The notes under the pieces are model-generated. The model did not search any database. It was not told where the DNA came from and saw nothing but the letters and a program-made list of their open reading frames with translations. A program made the position numbers and the translations under genes. A DNA stretch of 64,000 nucleotides from Eledone cirrhosa (taxonomy: Eukaryota): the NCBI GenBank assembly GCA_964016885.1, contig OZ024763.1, forward strand, positions 24,118,001 through 24,182,000, read 5' to 3'. Positions 13,246-25,400 of the stretch are shown here, piece by piece (the stretch's first letter is position 1; each line of letters begins with the position of its first letter).

Positions 13246-15107
13246 CCTACACAACCACTTTACAGTGTGGACTGGGGTATTTTGTTGTGACACCTACACA
13301 ACCACTTTACAGTGTGGACTGGGTGCTCTTTTGTTGTGACACCTACACAACCACTTTACAGTGTGGACTGGGGTATTTTGTTGTGACACCTACACGACCA
13401 CTTTACAGTGTGGACTGGGGTATTTTGTTGTGACACCTACACAACCACTTTACAGTGTGACTGGGGTATTTTGTTGTGACACCTGCACAACCACTTTACA
13501 GTGTGGACTGGGGTATTTTGTCGTGACACCTACACGATCACTTTACAGTGTGGACTGGGGTATTTTGTCATGACACCTACACAACCACTTTACAGTGTGA
13601 CTGGGGTATTTTGTTGTGACACCTACACAACCACTTTACATTGTGGACTGGGGTATTTTGTCGTGACACCTACACGACCACTTTACAGTGTGGACTGGCG
13701 TATTTTGTTGTGACACCTACACATCCACTTTACAGTGTGGACTAGGGTATTTTGTTGTAACACCTACACAACCACTTTACATTGTGGACTGGGGTATTTT
13801 GTTGTGACACCTACACAACCACTTTACAGTGTGGACTGGGGTATTTTGTTGTGACACCTACACAACCACTTTACAGTGTGGACTAGGGTATTTTGTTGTG
13901 ACACCTACACAACCACTTTACATTGTGGACTGGGGTATTTTGTTGTGACACCTACACAACCACTTTACAGTGTGGACTGGGGTATTTTGTTGTGACACCT
14001 ACACAACTACTTTACATTGTGGACTGGGGTATTTTGTCGTGACACCTACACAACCACTTTACAGTGTGACTGGGGTATTTTGTTGTGACACCTACACAAC
14101 CACTTTACATTGTGGACTGGGGTATTTTGTTGTGACACCTACACAACCACTTTACAGTGTGGACTGGGGTATTTTGTTGTGACACCTACACAACCACTTT
14201 ACAGTGTGGACTAGGGTATTTTGTTGTGACACCTACACAACCACTTTACATTGTGGACTGGGGTATTTTGTTGTGACACCTACACAACCACTTTACAGTG
14301 TGGACTGGGGTATTTTGTTGTGACACCTACACAACTACTTTACATTGTGGACTGGGGTATTTTGTCGTGACACCTACACAACCACTTTACAGTGTGACTG
14401 GGGTATTTTGTTGTGACACCTACACAACCACTTTACATTGTGGACTGGGGTATTTTGTTGTGACACCTACACAACCACTTTACAGTGTGGACTGGGGTAT
14501 TTTGTTGTGACACCTACACAACCACTTTACAGTGTGGACTAGGGTATTTTGTTGTGACACCTACACAACCACTTTACATTGTGGACTGGGGTATTTTGTT
14601 GTGACACCTACACAACTACTTTACAGTGTGGACTGGGGTATTTTGTTGTGACACCTACACAACTACTTTACATTGTGGACTGGGGTATTTTGTCGTAACA
14701 CCTACACAACCACTTTACATTGTGGACTGGCGTATTTTGTTGTGACACCTACACCACCACTTTACAGTGTGGACTGGGGTATTTTGTTGTGACACCTACA
14801 CAACTACTTTACATTGTGGACTGGGGTATTTTGTTGTGACACCTACACAACCACTTTACAGTGTGGACTGGGGTATTTTGTTGTGACACCTACACAACCA
14901 CTTTACAGTGTGGACTGGGGTATTTTGTTGTGACACCTACACAACCACTTTACAGTGTGGACTGGGGTATTTTGCTGTGACACCTACACAACCACTTTAC
15001 AGTGTGGACTGGGGTATTTTGTTGTGACACCTACACAACTACTTTACAGTGTGGACTGGGGTATTTTGTCGTGACACCTACACAACCACTTTACAGTGTG
15101 GACTGGG
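13240..15107. repeat. 47-bp satellite array 3 (~40 units)
   Basis: Unit ACCACTTTACAGTGTGGACTGGGGTATTTTGTTGTGACACCTACACA; a few 46-bp units and one 49-bp unit. Confidence 0.97.
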
Positions 15108-15109
15108 TG

Positions 15110-15397
15110 ATGTGTCATCGCCTTTGAGCAGTGCAATTTGGTAAGGTCATCTTTTATCACCTCATCCCAAGTCTTCCTGAGTCTCACCACTCCAAGACTT
15201 ATATCGACTTTGAGCGCTCTGCACCTTTTTATCCAACTGTCATCCTTCATACACATCAAATGTCCATACCAACACAATCTCCTCTATTACTCACAACATT
15301 TGATTCCTCTTATGCTTAGTTTCTCTTTCAGTTCGTTTATGCATTGCTGTTCACATATATTACTATTACACATCCATTGGAGTATGCAAGCTTCATT

Positions 15398-15400
<3 letters not shown>
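15110..15400 (-). pseudogene. Degenerate RTE-clade LINE ORF2 C-terminal fragment
   Basis: WYGHLMCMKDDSWIKRCRALKVD...RKTWDEVIKDDL matches the RTE C-terminal pattern RWxGHVxR...GRPRKTW...DL. Confidence 0.8.
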
Positions 15401-15442
<42 letters not shown>

Positions 15443-15444
15443 AA

Positions 15445-15638
15445 AGAGCAAGGACCCTGACGACTGAGCTCCGACCATTTAGACAGCTAGATCCAAACTG
15501 TTTGGATCTAGATGTCGAAACTACCGGAGCTCAGCTGCTGGGGTCCTGACTCTTGTCCTATTACCCACTCTACTACCCTAAGTATTGAGTACTCTGGTGC
15601 GTTATGGTCCATCTGGTATCTTACCACACCCTCTTTGT

Positions 15639-15640
<2 letters not shown>
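15445..15640 (+). mobile_element. Family B element with a 5' fold-back palindrome
   Basis: 15445-15555 is an imperfect palindrome centred on GATCCAAAC-T-GTTTGGATC; then family B body ending TTTGTTA(TA)n. Confidence 0.75.
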
Positions 15641-15669
<29 letters not shown>

Positions 15670-15679
15670 AGAGAGCGGT

Positions 15680-16250
15680 GATAGGCAGGGCTAGATAGAT
15701 AGGCAGACAGTGATATGCAGAGATAGAGATAGATAGGCAGACATAGATAGATAGGCAGGGCTAGATAGATAGGCAGACAGTGATAGGCAGAGATAGAGAT
15801 AGATAGGCAGACATAGATAGATAGGCAGGGCTAGATAGATAGGCAGACATAGATAGATAGGCAGGGCTAGATAGATAGGCAGACAGTGATATGCAGAGAT
15901 AGAGATAGATAGGCAGACATAGATAGATAGGCAGGGCTAGATAGATAGGCAGACAGTGATAGGCAGGGCTAGATAGATAGGCAGACATAGATAGATAGGC
16001 AGGGCTAGATAGATAGGCAGGCAGTGATATGGAGAGATAGAGATAGATAGGCAGACACTGATAGATAGGCAGGGCTAGATAGATAGGCAGACAGTGATAT
16101 GCAGAGATAGAGATAGATAGGCAGACATAGATAGATAGGCAGGGCTAGATAGATAGGCAGACAGTGATATGCAGAGATAGAGATAGATAGGCAGACATAG
16201 ATAGATAGGCAGGGCTAGATAGATAGGCAGGCAGTGATAGGCAGAGATAG
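15680..16250. repeat. (GATA)/(GGCA) compound minisatellite at the LINE 3' junction
   Basis: Repeated GGGCTAGATAGATAGGCAGACA units. Confidence 0.9.
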
Positions 16251-16487
16251 AGATAAATTTCTATTTATTTGCCACGAGGGCACAAAAGAAGGGGACATTT
16301 ACACAGTGGGGGAGTTTACATAAATCGAGTAAAGAAAAAAGGAATAACAATAATAATATAACAATAAAAAGTCCTCAAAAGGGAGGGGGCGTGTTGGGGA
16401 TTGCACATACCCCCGAAAAGTGTGCAACTCTTTTCGCGGGGGAAGCCCAGAGAGGAGGCGCTCCCCCTTTCCTCTTCACTTCTTCAC

Positions 16488-19400
16488 CTACAGAACAATG
16501 TAGAGAGAAGGCCCATTTACACGGGCCATTCTCGCTTCTTTCACCCACCTTTCATAAAACTGTCTGGGACCAAGCACTTCTCTCTCCATCCTGATTCTTC
16601 TTCCGAAGTGGTATCGGAAGAAGTAAACCAGGTGATGGCCGGAGAGAAAGTCACCCGACCTCAGACCTTTCAGGCGCGTCCACCACACAACCTCTTTCAT
16701 CATGGCTATTACGCACAGAAAGACCGCCTCTGCTTCATTTCTGAAGGGAGGAGGCGGCTTGATGTTCACCACAGACTCGGCGGTTAATCGAATCGGCGCC
16801 ACACGCGACAGCAGTCGTTCGACGTAGCCCCACAGATCGGCAACGCCCGGGCAGTGTACCAGTGCATGCGCAACGGTTTCCTCGTCGCGCACGCATCTGG
16901 GACAGATCTTTTTCGCGGGATCCCTGCCCGGGCGCCCGTGTCTGTAGAGCTTTTCTCGAACGGGCAGAGCCCCCCGGTAACACTGCCAGGCTAGGGACCT
17001 CTGGAAGTTGTCCATGGGTCCCGGGCCGAAAGTTCTACCGAACAGGCTGGCCAGTTCGTCCTCCTCCATGCCTAGCGACTCTCCAAGGGTGTCGTCGCCC
17101 CTGCTAGCCACCAACCCTCTATAGAATGTCGAGGTGGATTCTCCACTGACAGTCGGGTCCGCTTGCCAGATAGCCGTGAGCGCCTGGGCACACTCAGTGT
17201 GCCAGTTGCCCAGTTTTCTCGGTCTTTGCTTCACCCAGGATTGCAGTTCGGTGAGCGAGACGAGCTGTGGGAAGGCTCGCCTCACAAACGGGGCCCACAC
17301 CGGCTGACCGTTGAGGAATACCTGTAGATGCCGTAGCCTCAATGCGTGCCTACGCATCAACAGCCACGGCATACCCAGCCCTCCTTTCGAAGGGTGCTGG
17401 CAGCAGATGGATCTCCTCACCATGGGAGGCCGCTTCTTCCAGAGGAACTGGAAGAGCATGCGTTCCATGATGGTGAGCTTTTCCTTGGGGCAAGGCACGA
17501 CGGTCAGGCGGTAGTAGATGACGGACGCTATGTAAGCGTTCGTCACCTCCGCCCGACCTTTCAGTGATAGTTTGCACTTGGCCCACTTCTGGGTCAGCGC
17601 AAACACCCTGCTCGTCACCTCGCCCCAATTCTTCTCCACCTGGAGGTCCGGTCCGAACCAGACCCCGAGCAGCTTCACCGGGCCCTCCGTCCACCGCCCG
17701 ACGACACCGTCTAACGGCATCGGTTTGCCCCTCCACGTTCCGAGTTGCAAACCGACTGACTTGTCCTGGTTCAGCTTAGCCCCCGTCAGCCTTTCGTATT
17801 CCTCCAGTAGGGTGGCGATCGCCCCGATTTCCGAGGCGTCCGCCACCATTACTGTTACGTCGTCGGCATAGGCCGAGACCGCTTTGTGCAATCCCGGTTC
17901 CAGGGGTATGCCCCGCAGCAACTCCAACTTCCGCAGCAGTGGCTCGAGAGTCAATACGTACAGAAGGGAGGAGAGGGGGCACCCCTGTCTGATGGATCGG
18001 GTGATTTGAAACGGCTCCGAGAGGTAGCCGTTTACTTTAATCCTAGAGTAGATGTTGCCACTGTGCATGGCAGAAATCCAGCCCCTGAAAACGGGTCCGA
18101 AGCCCGCCGCCGCTAGCACCGCATCCAGGTAACCATGGTCGACCCTATCGAACGCCTTAGATTGATCCAAGTTGATCAGGGCCCCACCAAAGCCGGGTTC
18201 GTAGCCAACCCTCTCTATGATGTATCGCATGAGGTGGAGGTTGTCGTGAATGGACCTGGACGGGATAGCGCATGTCTGCGCGTCTCCCACCAAACCACCC
18301 ACCACAAGCGCCAACCTCTTCGCCAACACCTTGGCCAAAATCTGTAACTCTGCATTCAGCAGAGTTATGGGCCTAAAGTTACTTAAGTCGTCCCTCTTGC
18401 TCTCGTCCTTCCTCACTAGCGTGACCACGCCCTTGGTCACAGAACAGGGAATTCTCCCGTTCTGTTGCCAGTTGCAATAGACAGCCTCGAGGAGTTCGGA
18501 GAACAAGACCGGCATAGCTAAATAAAGTTCGTATGGTAGACCATCGAGACCCGGGGATTTGCGTCTGCTGCATTGGCTGAGCGCTTCCCCGATTTCAGTG
18601 GCTGTGATTGGCCTTTCGCAGCACTCCGCTTCGCCGCTCGAAAGACGCGGTAGACCGTTGAGGTATGGACCGAAGTCCACATCCCCGTCCGGCCCCCCAC
18701 CACCTCCGAACAGTCGAGCAAAGTGCCTTTGAAAGGTCTCGCACATTCGCTCAGGTTCAAGGATCACCCGTCCATCCTGGTCTCGCAAAGACCGAATGGT
18801 GGATTTAATCCCACTCTTGGCTTCTGTCACGCGGGCCCAGCTAACAGCTTTGGTCCCCTCGTTTCCTAAAGCACGTATTTTACTTCGGACAACGCAGCCT
18901 TCGTGCTTCGCGTCAAAGAACTGGCTCAATGCCGTTCTCGTCGCTAACACTCTGGCTACGTCTCCGCTCCTAATCGCCTCTTCTAGTTTATCTGTTAACT
19001 CCCTTTCCTTCCTATTTCTATTCGCCGCTAGTTCCTTACTGTAACCTATCGAACTTACTCTAATCTCTCTCTTTAGAGATACCCACCACCTACTGTTGAC
19101 GATCGCTCCCGTCAACCGCATCTTAACTAAGCTACTAATCCGGTTTCTGTAATCTTTCTTTGTCGGTAAGGACAAGTTCATCTTCCAGTAACCGGGACCC
19201 TGTCTATGCGTTCTATCAAGGTTGACCACACAGGTCACTAATTTGTGATCTGAATAGCCAACCATGATCAGTTCTGGACAACTAAATACGTCCCTATCCT
19301 TACTCCTAACCAAAAACCTATCTAGGTACGATCTAGATTGTCCACTGCGGTTTGCCCAGGTCCAGGTTGGCGCAGTTGGACAATCTAGTCGAAATCTATC

Positions 19401-19916
19401 GACCAGGTCGAATCGATCGAGTAACCCCTTGAGGCTGCTACACCCCCCTCTATCGGGACATGCCCCTGCATAGTCCCAACGCGCATCTAGGATTCCATTC
19501 CAGTCCCCCACTAAAAGCAGGTAACGCGACGTTCCTAGAAAAGTCTCCAGACGCTGGAAGAAGTCGGCTCTTTCCGCCCCGAAGGGAGCATAAAGACCGA
19601 CCAGTCTGAAAGCCCCGCCTTCACCGCCTCCGACGTCCAGCACCAGTAATCGACCCCCCGGGTCCGAGTGAACAATCTGTACGTCGAGAGTCAGACGTTT
19701 ATCCAGCAGTACGGCAACTCCCCCCCCGCCTCCGGGTTGACAGAGAGATGCGTGCATCTCAAAGTCATCGAAGGCGGGCGCCAGCTGTCTCACGCTGCTG
19801 ATCCGACTCTCGCAAACAACCATCACATCTATACTTTGTGACCTGAGGTCACTTAGAAGCTTTGCTTGCTTCCAAGCTGAGCCCAGGCCACGCGCGTTCA
19901 AACAGCCAACTCTCAA
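16488..19916 (-). CDS. ORF2: APE endonuclease + reverse transcriptase + C-terminal zinc finger (1142 aa)
   Basis: APE motifs LNARG, CES, GDWN, YLDRFL, SDH; RT motifs PGLDG, FRPITLLN, LDQSKAFDRV, RQGCPLS, YADD; CPRC...H...C; TTG start, no ATG. Confidence 0.96.
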   Translation of the reverse strand: MRVGCLNARGLGSAWKQAKLLSDLRSQSIDVMVVCESRISSVRQLAPAFDDFEMHASLCQPGGGGGVAVLLDKRLTLDVQIVHSDPGGRLLVLDVGGGEGGAFRLVGLYAPFGAERADFFQRLETFLGTSRYLLLVGDWNGILDARWDYAGACPDRGGCSSLKGLLDRFDLVDRFRLDCPTAPTWTWANRSGQSRSYLDRFLVRSKDRDVFSCPELIMVGYSDHKLVTCVVNLDRTHRQGPGYWKMNLSLPTKKDYRNRISSLVKMRLTGAIVNSRWWVSLKREIRVSSIGYSKELAANRNRKERELTDKLEEAIRSGDVARVLATRTALSQFFDAKHEGCVVRSKIRALGNEGTKAVSWARVTEAKSGIKSTIRSLRDQDGRVILEPERMCETFQRHFARLFGGGGGPDGDVDFGPYLNGLPRLSSGEAECCERPITATEIGEALSQCSRRKSPGLDGLPYELYLAMPVLFSELLEAVYCNWQQNGRIPCSVTKGVVTLVRKDESKRDDLSNFRPITLLNAELQILAKVLAKRLALVVGGLVGDAQTCAIPSRSIHDNLHLMRYIIERVGYEPGFGGALINLDQSKAFDRVDHGYLDAVLAAAGFGPVFRGWISAMHSGNIYSRIKVNGYLSEPFQITRSIRQGCPLSSLLYVLTLEPLLRKLELLRGIPLEPGLHKAVSAYADDVTVMVADASEIGAIATLLEEYERLTGAKLNQDKSVGLQLGTWRGKPMPLDGVVGRWTEGPVKLLGVWFGPDLQVEKNWGEVTSRVFALTQKWAKCKLSLKGRAEVTNAYIASVIYYRLTVVPCPKEKLTIMERMLFQFLWKKRPPMVRRSICCQHPSKGGLGMPWLLMRRHALRLRHLQVFLNGQPVWAPFVRRAFPQLVSLTELQSWVKQRPRKLGNWHTECAQALTAIWQADPTVSGESTSTFYRGLVASRGDDTLGESLGMEEDELASLFGRTFGPGPMDNFQRSLAWQCYRGALPVREKLYRHGRPGRDPAKKICPRCVRDEETVAHALVHCPGVADLWGYVERLLSRVAPIRLTAESVVNIKPPPPFRNEAEAVFLCVIAMMKEVVWWTRLKGLRSGDFLSGHHLVYFFRYHFGRRIRMEREVLGPRQFYERWVKEARMARVNGPSLYIVL

Positions 19917-19921
19917 TTGAT

Positions 19922-21755
19922 CTATTTTGGTGTTGAAAGTGAAGAAAGAAAAGCACTTACCTCTCCGGGTTGCGTAATTTCCATGGCATCAGGTGTGTTG
20001 GGTGGAGGGATGTTTTGTGGTGGTGTGGGGGTACACGTGTGTGGTGGGGTTGGGGTATTTGGAGTTGTGTCAGGGAGAGGGGCGGTTATGGGGAAATCTT
20101 TCAAGAGGACGCGATTCAACGGTTTTAAACAGGGGGGGCTCACGTCCCGTCTAAATTGTTCTTTTAAGGAACGATAAAGGTCCAGAGGGACCTTTATCAT
20201 TTTTAAATGGGTGAAGTTCTCTGTTGAGATAAAGTTTGGCCCTTCGGTCTGCACCATAGGGTTATTGTTTATTAATTTAACCAGTTTTTTGTTTTCTTTA
20301 TTTATATATGTGTATTGCAACGTCTTTTTTTGTGATGCTGTCAATGTTTCGGAGAGGGGAGGCGCAGATTTATTTTTGTTTGTTGAGGGTGGGGTGTTTT
20401 TGATTGGAGTTGGTGTTTGTGTGTGGGTTATTTGTGGTGTGCTGGGTGTGTGTTTTCTTTTTTTTCTTTTAACTTGTCTGAAGGCTTCTCCTCCTTCTTC
20501 TTCAGAAGTTGGGGGAAACTCTTCAGCGCTAGGTGGGAGGGACGTGTTGTGTGGTTGTTTTTTTTTTTGCGGGAGGGGTAGATTTGTTACTGTTTTTTTT
20601 ATTATTTGTTTGGAATGGGTTTTGTGGTGGTGGTGGTAATGTTTGTGTCGTGCTTGTGGTTGGTGATGGTGGTGGTGATGTTTGTGTTGTGGTTGGTGGT
20701 GGTGATTTTTGTGTCGTGCTTGTGTTTGGTGCTGGTGGTGGTGATGTTTGTGTTGTGTTTGTGGTTGGTGGTGTCTGTATTTTGTTTGCTGTGTGTGGTA
20801 TTAGTGTATTTTTGGAGGTGGGTGGTGTTGGTGTACTGTTTGTGGTGGGTGTGGGCAATAGTCCTTTTTGGGGGATACGTTTCGGGCAGTTAGCCTTAAC
20901 GTGTCCCCTTTCCATGCATAAATAGCATGCTGGTCTTCTCCCCTCTACAATTATGTCTATTGGGGTAAGGTCATCCAGCCAGATGCGATCCGGGATTTGT
21001 GCTATTCTTTCGGGCCTCATTTGGACTAGTATGTCGAGGCCCATTCCCAGGAACGCATCTCCAGTTGCCTTCCCCATTGACAGCATTGTGTCTTCGCCCA
21101 TATCAATGAAGCCAGCAATAGCCCACCAGAAGTCCATTGTGGGCAGCATTGTTTTTACTTTTACTCTCTGTGTTCTTCTACCCATGTAGGAGGGATAGAA
21201 GCTATATGTTGTCGACGAGAGTGGGCTTAGGGAAAGCTTCTCCGCCGTTTCTTTGTCTCTTGTTAGGACCGAAATGCTGCCATAGAGTCGGTCCTTTCGT
21301 ATGAAGAGAATATTCTTTATATAGTCTTTTAGGACTAACTCTATTTCCATTTGGCTGGGCTGTGCTGGCTTTCTTGTCTGGTTCAGTATAGTTCTGTAGA
21401 GAACTGTGTTTTCTGCTCTGGCTTTCTTGAATTCTGGGGGGGAGTTAATGGAAAACATTCCGTTCTCCCCCAAAACAATGTGTTTCTTTGCTTCGGCCAG
21501 TTTTTCTCTGGCGGCAGTTAGGTCAATTGGTGTGTATGTAATGGATTGTTTTGTTTTCTGGGCGAAAGTTGCCCTGTCGTTATTTGTATTATTTTCTGTT
21601 TGTTTGTTTTCTGTTTGCTCATTTTCCTTAACATTTGTTTTTTCATTTTCTTTGTTTGTTTCAATGTCTAATTTTGTTGTAATTATTTTTTGTTCTTCAG
21701 ACTTGGGGGGCGTGGCAGAGCTAATGGCAGACATGTCTGCCATCTTTTCCGCCAT
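19922..21755 (-). CDS. ORF1 gag-like nucleic-acid-binding protein (~610 aa), one frameshift in a homopolymer
   Basis: CCHC knuckle CYLCMERGHVKANC, Pro/Thr-rich linker; removing one T from the T11 run at 20558-20568 (T10 in copy 2) joins 21755-20529 to 20344-19922 without a stop. Confidence 0.85.
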
Positions 21756-21958
21756 GCTGCCAAGAAAGAAATTTTTCGGCAAAAATAGATATTTATTTTA
21801 CCCCCTAAAAAGGGGGTAAATGCAAAAATGTTTCCCTAAATAACAGGGGTTAGTGTTCCAAATGTGTTGCACTAAAAAATTTATCCGGTACTTACAATAG
21901 TAAGGGTAAATCCCGATGGAATAGCGGAGCCGATGCGAAGCGTGTCTTACTCTATCAA

Positions 21959-22193
21959 GATAGATAGATAGGCAGAGAGATAGATAGGCCGAGAGATAGA
22001 TAGAGAGATAGGCAGAGAAGGCAGGCAGAGAGAGAGATAGGCAGAGAGATAGATAGATAGAGAGAGAGGGGGGGGCGAGGGAGAGAGAGAAATAGGCAGG
22101 CAGAGAGAGAGAGAGAGATCGACACACACAAACAGACAGACACACACACGCACACACAGATAGACAGACAGATGCACACAGACATACACACAC
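21959..22193. repeat. GATA/GA/CA simple-repeat spacer, duplicated at 27901-28135
   Basis: Identical sequence follows both LINE copies. Confidence 0.9.
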
Positions 22194-22430
22194 AGATAAA
22201 TTTCTATTTATTTGCCACGAGGGCACAAAAGAAGGGGACATTTACACAGTGGGGGAGTTTACATAAATCGAGTAAAGAAAAAAGGAATAACAATAATAAT
22301 ATAACAATAAAAAGTCCTCAAAAGGGAGGGGGCGTGTTGGGGATTGCACATACCCCCGAAAAGTGTGCAACTCTTTTCGCGGGGGAAGCCCAGAGAGGAG
22401 GCGCTCCCCCTTTCCTCTTCACTTCTTCAC

Positions 22431-25400
22431 CTACAGAACAATGTAGAGAGAAGGCCCATTTACACGGGCCATTCTCGCTTCTTTCACCCACCTTTCATAA
22501 AACTGTCTGGGACCAAGCACTTCTCTCTCCATCCTGATTCTTCTTCCGAAGTGGTATCGGAAGAAGTAAACCAGGTGATGGCCGGAGAGAAAGTCACCCG
22601 ACCTCAGACCTTTCAGGCGCGTCCACCACACAACCTCTTTCATCATGGCTATTACGCACAGAAAGACCGCCTCTGCTTCATTTCTGAAGGGAGGAGGCGG
22701 CTTGATGTTCACCACAGACTCGGCGGTTAATCGAATCGGCGCCACACGCGACAGCAGTCGTTCGACGTAGCCCCACAGATCGGCAACGCCCGGGCAGTGT
22801 ACCAGTGCATGCGCAACGGTTTCCTCGTCGCGCACGCATCTGGGACAGATCTTTTTCGCGGGATCCCTGCCCGGGCGCCCGTGTCTGTAGAGCTTTTCTC
22901 GAACGGGCAGAGCCCCCCGGTAACACTGCCAGGCTAGGGACCTCTGGAAGTTGTCCATGGGTCCCGGGCCGAAAGTTCTACCGAACAGGCTGGCCAGTTC
23001 GTCCTCCTCCATGCCTAGCGACTCTCCAAGGGTGTCGTCGCCCCTGCTAGCCACCAACCCTCTATAGAATGTCGAGGTGGATTCTCCACTGACAGTCGGG
23101 TCCGCTTGCCAGATAGCCGTGAGCGCCTGGGCACACTCAGTGTGCCAGTTGCCCAGTTTTCTCGGTCTTTGCTTCACCCAGGATTGCAGTTCGGTGAGCG
23201 AGACGAGCTGTGGGAAGGCTCGCCTCACAAACGGGGCCCACACCGGCTGACCGTTGAGGAATACCTGTAGATGCCGTAGCCTCAATGCGTGCCTACGCAT
23301 CAACAGCCACGGCATACCCAGCCCTCCTTTCGAAGGGTGCTGGCAGCAGATGGATCTCCTCACCATGGGAGGCCGCTTCTTCCAGAGGAACTGGAAGAGC
23401 ATGCGTTCCATGATGGTGAGCTTTTCCTTGGGGCAAGGCACGACGGTCAGGCGGTAGTAGATGACGGACGCTATGTAAGCGTTCGTCACCTCCGCCCGAC
23501 CTTTCAGTGATAGTTTGCACTTGGCCCACTTCTGGGTCAGCGCAAACACCCTGCTCGTCACCTCGCCCCAATTCTTCTCCACCTGGAGGTCCGGTCCGAA
23601 CCAGACCCCGAGCAGCTTCACCGGGCCCTCCGTCCACCGCCCGACGACACCGTCTAACGGCATCGGTTTGCCCCTCCACGTTCCGAGTTGCAAACCGACT
23701 GACTTGTCCTGGTTCAGCTTAGCCCCCGTCAGCCTTTCGTATTCCTCCAGTAGGGTGGCGATCGCCCCGATTTCCGAGGCGTCCGCCACCATTACTGTTA
23801 CGTCGTCGGCATAGGCCGAGACCGCTTTGTGCAATCCCGGTTCCAGGGGTATGCCCCGCAGCAACTCCAACTTCCGCAGCAGTGGCTCGAGAGTCAATAC
23901 GTACAGAAGGGAGGAGAGGGGGCACCCCTGTCTGATGGATCGGGTGATTTGAAACGGCTCCGAGAGGTAGCCGTTTACTTTAATCCTAGAGTAGATGTTG
24001 CCACTGTGCATGGCAGAAATCCAGCCCCTGAAAACGGGTCCGAAGCCCGCCGCCGCTAGCACCGCATCCAGGTAACCATGGTCGACCCTATCGAACGCCT
24101 TAGATTGATCCAAGTTGATCAGGGCCCCACCAAAGCCGGGTTCGTAGCCAACCCTCTCTATGATGTATCGCATGAGGTGGAGGTTGTCGTGAATGGACCT
24201 GGACGGGATAGCGCATGTCTGCGCGTCTCCCACCAAACCACCCACCACAAGCGCCAACCTCTTCGCCAACACCTTGGCCAAAATCTGTAACTCTGCATTC
24301 AGCAGAGTTATGGGCCTAAAGTTACTTAAGTCGTCCCTCTTGCTCTCGTCCTTCCTCACTAGCGTGACCACGCCCTTGGTCACAGAACAGGGAATTCTCC
24401 CGTTCTGTTGCCAGTTGCAATAGACAGCCTCGAGGAGTTCGGAGAACAAGACCGGCATAGCTAAATAAAGTTCGTATGGTAGACCATCGAGACCCGGGGA
24501 TTTGCGTCTGCTGCATTGGCTGAGCGCTTCCCCGATTTCAGTGGCTGTGATTGGCCTTTCGCAGCACTCCGCTTCGCCGCTCGAAAGACGCGGTAGACCG
24601 TTGAGGTATGGACCGAAGTCCACATCCCCGTCCGGCCCCCCACCACCTCCGAACAGTCGAGCAAAGTGCCTTTGAAAGGTCTCGCACATTCGCTCAGGTT
24701 CAAGGATCACCCGTCCATCCTGGTCTCGCAAAGACCGAATGGTGGATTTAATCCCACTCTTGGCTTCTGTCACGCGGGCCCAGCTAACAGCTTTGGTCCC
24801 CTCGTTTCCTAAAGCACGTATTTTACTTCGGACAACGCAGCCTTCGTGCTTCGCGTCAAAGAACTGGCTCAATGCCGTTCTCGTCGCTAACACTCTGGCT
24901 ACGTCTCCGCTCCTAATCGCCTCTTCTAGTTTATCTGTTAACTCCCTTTCCTTCCTATTTCTATTCGCCGCTAGTTCCTTACTGTAACCTATCGAACTTA
25001 CTCTAATCTCTCTCTTTAGAGATACCCACCACCTACTGTTGACGATCGCTCCCGTCAACCGCATCTTAACTAAGCTACTAATCCGGTTTCTGTAATCTTT
25101 CTTTGTCGGTAAGGACAAGTTCATCTTCCAGTAACCGGGACCCTGTCTATGCGTTCTATCAAGGTTGACCACACAGGTCACTAATTTGTGATCTGAATAG
25201 CCAACCATGATCAGTTCTGGACAACTAAATACGTCCCTATCCTTACTCCTAACCAAAAACCTATCTAGGTACGATCTAGATTGTCCACTGCGGTTTGCCC
25301 AGGTCCAGGTTGGCGCAGTTGGACAATCTAGTCGAAATCTATCGACCAGGTCGAATCGATCGAGTAACCCCTTGAGGCTGCTACACCCCCCTCTATCGGG

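Larger units (their letters stand above)
16251..21958 (-). mobile_element. Full-length L1/Tx1-clade non-LTR retrotransposon, copy 1
   Basis: 5' UTR, ORF1 with zinc knuckle, ORF2 APE-RT-CCHC, 3' UTR ending AATAAATAGAAATTTATCT in (CTAT)n. Confidence 0.93.

Noticed and set aside
15457-15463. CTGACGA as a hammerhead core for the 15.4-kb family B copy
   Set aside because: It lies in the fold-back arm as a mutated CCGACGG and is not adjacent to the stem II that precedes GAAA
16391-19473. Short ORFs overlapping or antisense to ORF2, repeated in copy 2
   Set aside because: Shadow frames of a GC-rich coding sequence
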